64,000 nt of DNA from an uncultured Treponema sp. (lineage in GTDB: Bacteria; Spirochaetota; Spirochaetia; Treponematales; Treponemataceae): NCBI GenBank assembly GCA_963539665.1, contig CAUTOX010000002.1, positions 787 through 64,786 on the forward strand. The letters run 5' to 3'. Each line of letters opens with the position of its first letter. Positions within the stretch are counted from its first letter, which is position 1. A program made the translations under genes and the position numbers. Under the pieces are notes generated by a model. The model did not search any database. It worked only from the letters and a program-made list of their open reading frames with translations, and was not told the origin of the DNA. Positions 41,530 through 49,943 of the stretch are shown here, piece by piece.

Positions 41530-42333
41530 ATGCTTTTAGCTTTTGACATCGGAAACACGAACATAAAAACCGCAATCGCTGAAGACGGCAAGATTCTCAG
41601 CGAATGGCGGCTGAGCACCGATCCTAAACGCACGGGGGACGAATATTTTTCGATTCTCCGCCCGCTGCTGCGCGATGCAGCCGTCGATTGCTCGAAAATC
41701 GAAAAAGCCGTCATCAGCTCCGTTGTGCCGGCGCTCATCGGCGCATTCGTTATCGTTACGCAGCATCTGCTCGGCAAAAAGCCGCTCATCATCGGCCCCG
41801 ACATCTACCCGCAGCTGCCGATAAAGCTGCCGGCAAGCGCGGCGCATGAGATCGGCACCGACTTACTGTGCAATGCTCTTGAAGCGTGGGAACGCTACCA
41901 GCAGCCGGTTATAATAGTTGATTTTGGTACGGCGCTGTCCTTTACGGCAGTCGGAAACAATGCGAACATCGTAGGCGTTGCCATTGCTCCGGGCATCGGC
42001 ACGGCGCTCAAGGCGCTTTTCATGAATACCGCGCAGCTGCCGTCCACCCCGCTCGACATTCCGCCGTCCAGTCTCGGAAAAACTACCACGTGGTCGATTC
42101 AAGCGGGAATCGTGCTCGGCTACAAGGGGCTGGTCGAATCGCTTATCCGGCAAATGAAGACGGATATGCAGCAGGAATTCGGCATACCGGCAGAGCGGAT
42201 TAAAGTCATCGGCACCGGCGGCCTCAATAGTATGCTTGAACCGATAACGTGTATCTTTGACACGATGGATAAAGCATTAACTGTCTACGGCATCATCCGC
42301 GCCGCCTCTTATTGCGCGGCGGGTTGCGAATAA
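41530..42333 (+). CDS. coaX: Type III pantothenate kinase
   Basis: LAFDIGNTNIK N-terminus, DFGTA and GTGG motifs. 267 aa. Confidence 0.85.
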   Translation: MLLAFDIGNTNIKTAIAEDGKILSEWRLSTDPKRTGDEYFSILRPLLRDAAVDCSKIEKAVISSVVPALIGAFVIVTQHLLGKKPLIIGPDIYPQLPIKLPASAAHEIGTDLLCNALEAWERYQQPVIIVDFGTALSFTAVGNNANIVGVAIAPGIGTALKALFMNTAQLPSTPLDIPPSSLGKTTTWSIQAGIVLGYKGLVESLIRQMKTDMQQEFGIPAERIKVIGTGGLNSMLEPITCIFDTMDKALTVYGIIRAASYCAAGCE

Positions 42334-42364
42334 TTTACCGTAAAGTAATTGCTTTCTGCACGGA

Positions 42365-42625
42365 CCGCTCAAGGTTTTTCATCGGGAAAACTTGAGAGAG
42401 GGGCTGCATACTGCGGGCGGAAAACGTTGTCTACCGGATAGCGAGCATTGTCGTCTATCTGCATCCAGTTTCTCAAATGCGAAACAGGTTAATGGTTCGT
42501 AACGAGGCGAACAGTTAAGGCGCTTGCCTCATTTTAGAGCCGTTACACTCGTCTGCAACCTTATCATCCCCCGAGCCAGATTTTCCTTTGCAAAAACTGG
42601 AGCGGACAGGGGGCTGCGGAAAGTT
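42365..42625. repeat. Three units of the hairpin-repeat family, between convergent coaX and the helicase gene
   Basis: CAAGGTTTTTCATCGGGAAAACTTG, GCATCCAGTTTCTCAAATGCGAAACAGG and CCAGATTTTCCTTTGCAAAAACTGGAGCGGACAGGGGG. Compare the array-unit core CTGCATCCGGTTTGTTTGGCGTAAACCGG. Confidence 0.7.
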
Positions 42626-42664
42626 TTGGCATAAAACAAGAGTAAATAAACTGTCGGAATGTTT

Positions 42665-44905
42665 TTAGCGCGTTCGTATTTCTTGCCATCCCAGCACCCG
42701 CTGCTTCATTCCGGCGATATCCAGCACCCCTAAGGCAAATCCTTTGCGTACCAGCTCAGAGGGAACATACTCGTCGTATTTGTCAAAGACGGGGACTTCG
42801 TTTTCGTACACAAGCTCCAGCGGGTCAAAGTTTTGTGCGGCTTCTTCGGCAATAATGCGATAGAATTCCTGTGCGCTTACCTGCATGGTAAACTGTAGGT
42901 AGTACGGTCTGGACGGACTCAAGCCTTTGAGCCCAAGCCGTGCACCGCAGCGGAGCTTGAGAAAGCGTTCCAACGCAAGAAAGGCATAGCTGCCCAGCTG
43001 AGGAAAGAGCGCCCACATAGAGCCGCCGAGGGAAATGAGCGGGTGAGTGTCCATCCCTGCCTTGCTGAACGTATTCCGCGCTTCCTGCAAACGGCACACG
43101 GCATGGCGCATCAGGTACGGATAGCTTTTCTGTTCGGCAAGAACAGTATGCATCCGTTCCAAGATACAGGTGTGTATATCGCCTGCCACATCACCGAAAT
43201 ACGCAGGGATATTCCCCTTTACCAGCGTACAGTATACCTCGCGGCGCTGGTGATCCACCTCGTCCACTGCCCACACCCTGCCTGCAATAGCTATCTTCTC
43301 GCCCGCAGGCGGCGGTTTGACGATTGTTCCCAGCTCTTCGGAACCGGAACGCACCGTGTATTCGATATTTTCTTGGAACACTGCGTAAAACTTATAATTG
43401 TTGACAACCCGCTCCCCGGTAATCCCGACAATCAGCCCGCCGTTTTCCGTGCGGTTGATATGATCAATAGTGATAAGGTGCCGGAGCAAGGTACGGAAGT
43501 CCTCCTGACTGATGCGGCGGAATACCGAAAGGGTCAGTACTCTGGAGGCCAGCTCCGCCGGTGTCATCTCACCTGAGGAGGCAAGCGTACTCATGGTCTG
43601 GTGATAGAGCAGGGAGAAGGGCAGCTTTTCCGTGCGCGGCGGTTCCACAAAGCGCTCTTCGATATAAAGCTGAACAAGTGCAATTCCTTGAATAAGATAC
43701 CACGGAATCATCTCCGGCAGCATCGCCCGCGCTTCGGGATGATCTTCCCGCATAACAAACCACATTTCCGAAGGAGTGCCGCGCCGTCCGGTACGTCCCA
43801 TACGCTGTAAAAAACCGGAAACGGTAAAGGGTGCATCAATCTGGAATGCCCGCTCCAGTCTCCCGATATCAATCCCCAGTTCCAGTGTAGCGGTAGCGCA
43901 CACACTGATAAGCGAGTCGTCATTCTTCATCTCCTCTTCCGCACTTTCGCGGTACGAAGCGGAAAGGTTGCCGTGGTGAATTAAAAAGCGGTCGGGTTCG
44001 TGATTAGCTTCACAGTATTGCCGGAGGTGCTGGCATACGGATTCGCACTCCTCGCGGGAATTGGTAAACACGAGGCATTTTTTACCGCGGGTATGCTCAA
44101 AGATATAGCCCATCCCCGGGTCTGCGGCCTTGGGGGCAGTATCCGTCGCGGGTTCTACCGTAAGCGCTTCGATGGTAATAGGCTTACCTTCGTCAGCTTG
44201 CGGCTCCGTATTGAAGAAGTGTTCCATCGAAAGCCGCCACACCTCTTTGCCGCCGTCGCATTTGGGGATAACCGTTTCTCTCCCGCTGCCTGCAGCAAGA
44301 AAGGCTCCCGCTTCTTCGGGATCGCCGAGTGTGGCGGAAAGACCAACCCGCCGGGGATTGCAGCCCGCCGTCCGGCAGAGCCGCTCAATTAAGCAAAAGG
44401 TTTGCCCGCCGCGGTCGGCACGCAGCAGGAAGTGGACTTCATCAATGACGACAAAGCGTAGGTCATGGAACAAAGAGGGTATTTCGCTCTGCTTGGTGAT
44501 CATCAGCGCTTCAAGGGATTCCGGGGTGATCTGCAAAATCCCCGCCGGTTTACGGAGCAGCTTCCGTTTTTGGCTTTGCGGCGCATCGCCATGCCATCGC
44601 GTTACGGCGATTCCTGCTTCCTCGCACAGCTCGTTCAGCCTCCCGAACTGATCATTGATGAGCGCCTTGAGCGGAGCGATATACAACACTCCCACCGAGG
44701 CAGACGGCTCTTCGTACAAGAGGCTCAGGATTGGAAAAAACGCCGCTTCGGTTTTGCCGGAGGCGGTGGATGCCGTCAGCAGCACATTGTTATCGGTATT
44801 GAAAAGAGCATCGCCCGCCGCATTCTGCACCGCGCGAAGCGTCTGCCAACCGGAGCGGTAAATATAATCCTGTATAAAAGGGGCGTATTGATTAAAAATG
44901 TCCAT
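42665..44905 (-). CDS. DEAD/DEAH-box SF2 helicase (Lhr-like; SngC-like component of a Shango-type system)
   Basis: Motif I ASTASGKTEAAF, motif II VVIDEVHFL, motif III GLSATLG, motif VI QRMGRTGRRG. There is a long C-terminal extension. Confidence 0.8.
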   Translation of the reverse strand: MDIFNQYAPFIQDYIYRSGWQTLRAVQNAAGDALFNTDNNVLLTASTASGKTEAAFFPILSLLYEEPSASVGVLYIAPLKALINDQFGRLNELCEEAGIAVTRWHGDAPQSQKRKLLRKPAGILQITPESLEALMITKQSEIPSLFHDLRFVVIDEVHFLLRADRGGQTFCLIERLCRTAGCNPRRVGLSATLGDPEEAGAFLAAGSGRETVIPKCDGGKEVWRLSMEHFFNTEPQADEGKPITIEALTVEPATDTAPKAADPGMGYIFEHTRGKKCLVFTNSREECESVCQHLRQYCEANHEPDRFLIHHGNLSASYRESAEEEMKNDDSLISVCATATLELGIDIGRLERAFQIDAPFTVSGFLQRMGRTGRRGTPSEMWFVMREDHPEARAMLPEMIPWYLIQGIALVQLYIEERFVEPPRTEKLPFSLLYHQTMSTLASSGEMTPAELASRVLTLSVFRRISQEDFRTLLRHLITIDHINRTENGGLIVGITGERVVNNYKFYAVFQENIEYTVRSGSEELGTIVKPPPAGEKIAIAGRVWAVDEVDHQRREVYCTLVKGNIPAYFGDVAGDIHTCILERMHTVLAEQKSYPYLMRHAVCRLQEARNTFSKAGMDTHPLISLGGSMWALFPQLGSYAFLALERFLKLRCGARLGLKGLSPSRPYYLQFTMQVSAQEFYRIIAEEAAQNFDPLELVYENEVPVFDKYDEYVPSELVRKGFALGVLDIAGMKQRVLGWQEIRTR

Positions 44906-45075
44906 CGTGTTTTCTCTGTTGAGCAGTGTACCTTCTTGTATACATTTGAATCACCGCCGTTCATGTCAGTACTGAGAATGATGTATCCAGTCAGTTCACC
45001 CGTCGGTTATTCCTCTGCATTCTTAGCGTCTTCACGGTTTATCTTTAAAGTAACCGCGGAAGTACGCGCAGGTAC

Positions 45076-45978
45076 CTATAGCGCTTCGACTTCTGCTGGA
45101 GAGATACCGGCTATTTTGCAAATATCTGTAAGGGGATAGCCCATAGAGAGCATCATTTTTGCCGTTTCGAGGGCTTTTTGACGAGAGCCTTGAGATATTC
45201 CTTGGGATATTCCTTGGGATATTCCTTGAGATATTCCTTGAGCAAAAGCTATTCTGCCTGCTTCTTCTCTCTGTACCGCAATATCGGTATCGTAGTCATA
45301 TTCGGCTACCAACATATTGATTACCTCCCGTGATTTTCGTTGTAGGTATTCTTTTAAGATTCCTTTTTCTATACATATCTTTACTGCATTGGTAAAGCCG
45401 TTTGCGCTGTCGAGTTGGGTTTGTTTTCTTACCTCTTCTACAAACAGGCTGTATTCTTCAAGCGGCTTGCAGGCTGCTAAGACTTTGTTCGCCTTATCTG
45501 TATTGATGTTCAAAACCTGTACAGTCAACTCCAGCGGGGCATGCTCGGGTTTTGTCATAAATGCATCTGAAAGCTTTAGAGTCGCGGTTTCAGGGTAATC
45601 TTCCAGCCCATTGTAAAATACATAGAACTCCGGAGCTGGTATCTTTGATAACTTTCTTAGATATCTGTCTGTTGGTGCTTGTAACTTTTCATAGATCCTT
45701 GCGATGTATTCCAAAAAGCGTAGGGGCATATTCTCGTTTACCGTAGACTGATGCTCCGCAAGAACGATGATTTTATTGTCCACAAGGCAAGACACATCGT
45801 TGATAATGTTCATGTACATGACATTATCAAGGCGTATGTTTTCTACCGGGCATGAAAGCTGTAAATTAGTATTATGCAAGGCATTATAGAGTGATAAAAA
45901 GTTCTCTTTAGCTTTTTCATCCTCACTGAATAGATCAACGAACACTGAATCTTTATATTTCCTGTTTGCCGTACCCAT
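45076..45978 (-). CDS. Rpn-family recombination-promoting nuclease / putative transposase (PD-(D/E)XK)
   Basis: 300 aa. YKDSVFVDLFSEDEKAKENFLSLYNAL...IIVLAEHQSTVNENMPLRFLEY. Paralog of 190..1068. Confidence 0.8.
   Translation of the reverse strand: MGTANRKYKDSVFVDLFSEDEKAKENFLSLYNALHNTNLQLSCPVENIRLDNVMYMNIINDVSCLVDNKIIVLAEHQSTVNENMPLRFLEYIARIYEKLQAPTDRYLRKLSKIPAPEFYVFYNGLEDYPETATLKLSDAFMTKPEHAPLELTVQVLNINTDKANKVLAACKPLEEYSLFVEEVRKQTQLDSANGFTNAVKICIEKGILKEYLQRKSREVINMLVAEYDYDTDIAVQREEAGRIAFAQGISQGISQGISQGISQGSRQKALETAKMMLSMGYPLTDICKIAGISPAEVEAL
45188..45243. repeat. 12-bp in-frame tandem repeat, about 4.6 copies, encoding (GISQ)4 in the Rpn C-terminal region
   Basis: CCTTGAGATATT / CCTTGGGATATT units run consecutively at 45188-45235, followed by a partial unit. 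Confidence 0.9.
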
Positions 45979-46222
45979 AACTGTTCATCCTATTCCGGCA
46001 AGGATACCGGTCGGTCAAAACTCACCCCGAACCATATGCAAGGATGCACAAGGTTTGTTATAGCATAGACCGCCAGATTTTTAAAGATACATAGAAGACT
46101 TAACCGCCAAAGCACAAAGTACGCTGTTAATTGGTTGTACGTCACTGTATGCAGGAAAAACTATGTAAAAACTCGCTGCTGCGCATTCCTTCGGCCATCC
46201 ATCACTCTTCTGCGCACTCACC

Positions 46223-47554
46223 TTAAATCGTAAACTCGGCATAGTTTTCATCGGTGGTGTCCGATACCGCATCAGACTTTGCGTACGAAAATGTATCGGA
46301 GTTTAGTAGCTCGATAATGCTCATTCCCGGATTTTGGTACAAAATATCCAGCAGCTCGATAAAATCCCGGATTACTTCGCGCGGGGTGATATGCACATCG
46401 GCGCCGATCCGCTCATATTCAATTCTGATAAACGCCGCCAAGTCGTCCGTGGTGATTTTCTGCTCATAGCCGTAGAGACCTGCGTGCATCGCAGCGAGCT
46501 TTTCACAGAGGATCAACATTTCTTCCGCAGTAATCGGGTCAAGCCGGATTACCGGCGCAAGTAAGTCCCGTGCACCGGGCTTGGAAAACTTCCCCTCTGC
46601 AAGACGGGAGCGGAGCGCCTCGTAGCTGTACACACCGCGCCGCTTATCCTCTATCGCCTGCGGTGTCGCCCCCATGATAATACCGAGGTATTTTGCCTTT
46701 CCTTGTAAGGTGTCGTTGTACATGGTGAGGAGTTTTTCGTAATTGTACTGGCGCGTGATGGAGTTGGGAACTTTATAAATATTGACGAGTTCGTCGATCA
46801 TAATCATCATGCCGGAATAACCCGCCAGCCGGAAAAATGTTGCAAAGAGCTTGAGATACTCGTACCAGTCATCATCCGTAATAATGATATTAACACCGAG
46901 TTCTTCCTTTGCTTCGCGCTTGAGGGCATATTCGCCCCGGAACCACCGCACTACTTTTGCTTTCGTTTCATCATCGCTCTTGAGGTACGCATGATAATAG
47001 GCTGAAAGTAATTGAGCAAACTCAAAACCGTGTACCAGCTCGCTCACCGAAGCGGTTACCGCGTAAATCTTTTGATCGACAAGCGCAGTCAATGCCGGAT
47101 CTCCGGGTTGAAGCCCGCTTTCTTGCAAGGCTTCACTTTGCACGGTGCTGATCCACCGCTCCAATATCAGCGTGAGTGCACCGCCCTCCGGTTTTGTCTT
47201 TGTGGAAAGATTCCCGATCAACTCGCGATAAGTTGCAAGCCCCTGTCCCCGCGTTCCTTGCAGCCTCCGTTCCGGCGACAGGTCTGCATCCGCAACAATG
47301 AACCCGCGATCCATCACATAATTCCGGATAGTTTGCAGTAAAAAACTCTTTCCCGCTCCATACCGCCCGACAATAAAGCGGAACGAAGCGCCGCCTTCGG
47401 AGATAATATCAACATCATGCAGCAAGGCTTGAATTTCATTTTTCCTACCGACGGTGATATACGGCAGCCCGATACGGGGCACTACACCGCCTTTTAAAGA
47501 ATGCAATACCGTCTGCGCAATCCGCTTTGGAACTTTTCTTTCCGCTTCGTTCAT
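46223..47554 (-). CDS. DUF2791/BrxD-like ATP-binding protein (SngB-like)
   Basis: 443 aa. The N-terminus LKGGVVPRIGLPYITVGRKNEI, then Walker A VGRYGAGKSFLL and Walker B MMIMIDELV, match the DUF2791 'BREX system ATP-binding' architecture. Confidence 0.75.
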   Translation of the reverse strand: MNEAERKVPKRIAQTVLHSLKGGVVPRIGLPYITVGRKNEIQALLHDVDIISEGGASFRFIVGRYGAGKSFLLQTIRNYVMDRGFIVADADLSPERRLQGTRGQGLATYRELIGNLSTKTKPEGGALTLILERWISTVQSEALQESGLQPGDPALTALVDQKIYAVTASVSELVHGFEFAQLLSAYYHAYLKSDDETKAKVVRWFRGEYALKREAKEELGVNIIITDDDWYEYLKLFATFFRLAGYSGMMIMIDELVNIYKVPNSITRQYNYEKLLTMYNDTLQGKAKYLGIIMGATPQAIEDKRRGVYSYEALRSRLAEGKFSKPGARDLLAPVIRLDPITAEEMLILCEKLAAMHAGLYGYEQKITTDDLAAFIRIEYERIGADVHITPREVIRDFIELLDILYQNPGMSIIELLNSDTFSYAKSDAVSDTTDENYAEFTI

Positions 47555-47805
47555 GTTATTTTATCTCCCACTATCCAGGACAACCGCATACGAATATTTT
47601 AAGCAGTTGTCTTCATTTTGTGCGAAATTTTTGAGAAAATTTCGCACAGGTTATTTTAAAAGCATAGAGCAATCGCATCAGAAGTGTAGATCGAATTCCG
47701 CAAAATAATAGGTTGGGCAACCATTTGAGATGCAACGCATCGAAATTCTGGTTGAACGGCCTATTATTTTGCGGGGGATTTACAATAGCCTCTGATGCGA
47801 TTGCC

Positions 47806-49923
47806 CTATCCCAATATCCCGATAATATCATCACGATAATCTTCCACAAGGGTAATTGTTTTACCGTCGCATTCTACCACCGTATCGCCGATAAGATCAA
47901 ACAATGCCTCGTTGATAGCATCGGCGATAACGCTCGGCATTCCATGCTGTGCTGCAATCAATTCCTGCACCGGCTCTCCGCGGAGCAGCATTTGCATCAA
48001 CTGGGTCTGCATACTATCCAATGGAAGAGCTTGTGCCCCCTTCATCGCTTGTTGGTATTCCCCGTGATTGTCGAGCAGATTTGTCTGACTCTGCGTTGTC
48101 GCCTTTTCTGCTGCGCCCGTATCATCTTGAGCGATAGGTGGTGGACTTTCTTTTTGTTTTACAGAAATAACCGCACGGTCTACCGCTCCAAGCTTCTCTT
48201 CTTCTGTCAAAAGACTGGACTGCGTTTTGAGCGCATCCTGTCGGATTTTATTCAGACCGGAAAAGTCAATCGTAATCTTCTGCCGCGCGGCTTCGATTTT
48301 GGCTTTTCGATCCGCTTCAATAACAGCTTCAATGTAGGGGACTGCCCATGCCGCTTCTTTCCGCTCTTTTAATGGATGTTTCGTTTTTAGATAGAGGCGT
48401 AAGCGCCGGTCGGTTTCATGGAGAAGATCGACGAGCCGCTGTTTTTGAAAAGAAGACTTCTGATATGACCGTATATACCATTCTTTATTCTTAAAAATAT
48501 ACGAGCGGCAGGAAGTCAATTCATACGTAAAGGATTTTTTTATTTCCTTGTTATGAAAAAATACACCGCTCAGAGGATACCATGGTGTGGAACTCCGAAT
48601 ACCGAAGCACAGCCTAAAAAGAGTTTGTCCATTTTCACGGTACTGTGCCGTAACGAGGCGAAATACTGCGGCAAAGAGTTTGACTGCTTCCGCGCCATAC
48701 AGCTGTATCACCGTTGATTCGGCGGTTTTCTTTTTGCCGAACTTACAAAGCGCCTTAAACACTTCGGCATCGCTGTATTTTTTAGGATGGCGCAAAATTT
48801 CAATCTCTGCATCTTCTTCCAACAATTCTTGATCAATATAAAGGCGCGCTGTTGTCGGCTCGATATTGTTCACTACGGCAAACTCCAGCGCCCATTCATG
48901 CAGTCTTTTTTGCAGAGTTTGACCGCCAAGTCCGGCATCGATATAGGCTCTTTCAAATTCTTGTATTTTTCTCAGACTGTCTTCCGCAGAGACCGCTCCG
49001 ATTCCATTCAACAGCTCTAACAGATAAATAAAAACAAAAGCTTCGCAGTGTTTTTGAAAATTCCCTTTCCGCAGTTCTGTCCGCCACGTAAAATATCCGC
49101 GCAGCTGCTTTATGGATAAATCATGATAGGTCATAAAACCATAGCTATATAGGTCTCCATACCAAGGGACATTATCTTCATAGTCCTCCATGAACTTCCC
49201 CTGTATATAGAAGTTTTTGTATCTCAATTCAAAAGAAAGAAGGAACCTCTCTTGGTAAAGAGCCTGCATCTTGCGTATTTGCTCAGGAACCGCCTGTTTC
49301 TTTTTTTGAACTTTTGCTTTTTTCTCTGTTTTTGAATTTGCATCTCCTATCTGCTGTTGCTTCTGATTTTTACCATATAAAGGCGTTTCCTTGTATTGCG
49401 TCTTCTCATGAATATCCGCATGGAGGACTAGCGTGCATCCTTTTTGTTCATCGAATGCCTCGCCCCCGCCCGGTGCCGTTTGAACTGCTGCTCCTGAAAT
49501 TACCGGTTCAGGCAATGCTTGAGCAGAAAACTTTGAGTGCGCTTCATCGCGTGTATTTGAGGGCTGATCAGTATTGTTCGTATTATGGGAAGGATGATTT
49601 TCTGCATAAAAAAGCACTGCTGCCATGTGTTTGCAATTATTACCACTTGTCGCATGAGGGCACGAGCAGTCCATATTGGAAACGCCGCCATCGGAAAGGG
49701 ATATGCTGACAGTGTAGATTTCAGAGCCCGCTACGTTTGCACGGATTTTTTGCTCGTTCCTCTCGAATGAAGCAACACAGCCGTGCTTGTAATAGTTCAA
49801 TCCGCGATTTAGTATTTTATCAGCAAATAAAGCGTTCCAATCCATAAGCCGGTATGCTAACACAACATGACTTCTTGTCAATATACGACAAAACCGATTG
49901 GAAAAATACCATATTAGAGCCAT
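47806..49923 (-). CDS. SWIM zinc-finger + TerB-N + TerB-C domain protein (SngA-like)
   Basis: SWIM CxCxnCxH motif: MDCSCPHATSGNNCKHMAAVLF. A low-complexity linker follows. TerB-N-like block: HDLSIKQLRGYFTWRTELRKGNF...FVFIYLLELLNGIG. TerB-C-like tail: LDSMQTQLMQMLL...IADAINEALFDLIGDTVVE. The more likely start is MDWNALF at 49845. Confidence 0.7.
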   Translation of the reverse strand: MALIWYFSNRFCRILTRSHVVLAYRLMDWNALFADKILNRGLNYYKHGCVASFERNEQKIRANVAGSEIYTVSISLSDGGVSNMDCSCPHATSGNNCKHMAAVLFYAENHPSHNTNNTDQPSNTRDEAHSKFSAQALPEPVISGAAVQTAPGGGEAFDEQKGCTLVLHADIHEKTQYKETPLYGKNQKQQQIGDANSKTEKKAKVQKKKQAVPEQIRKMQALYQERFLLSFELRYKNFYIQGKFMEDYEDNVPWYGDLYSYGFMTYHDLSIKQLRGYFTWRTELRKGNFQKHCEAFVFIYLLELLNGIGAVSAEDSLRKIQEFERAYIDAGLGGQTLQKRLHEWALEFAVVNNIEPTTARLYIDQELLEEDAEIEILRHPKKYSDAEVFKALCKFGKKKTAESTVIQLYGAEAVKLFAAVFRLVTAQYRENGQTLFRLCFGIRSSTPWYPLSGVFFHNKEIKKSFTYELTSCRSYIFKNKEWYIRSYQKSSFQKQRLVDLLHETDRRLRLYLKTKHPLKERKEAAWAVPYIEAVIEADRKAKIEAARQKITIDFSGLNKIRQDALKTQSSLLTEEEKLGAVDRAVISVKQKESPPPIAQDDTGAAEKATTQSQTNLLDNHGEYQQAMKGAQALPLDSMQTQLMQMLLRGEPVQELIAAQHGMPSVIADAINEALFDLIGDTVVECDGKTITLVEDYRDDIIGILG

Positions 49924-49943
49924 CTGGCAAGAAGTGAGCGAAT

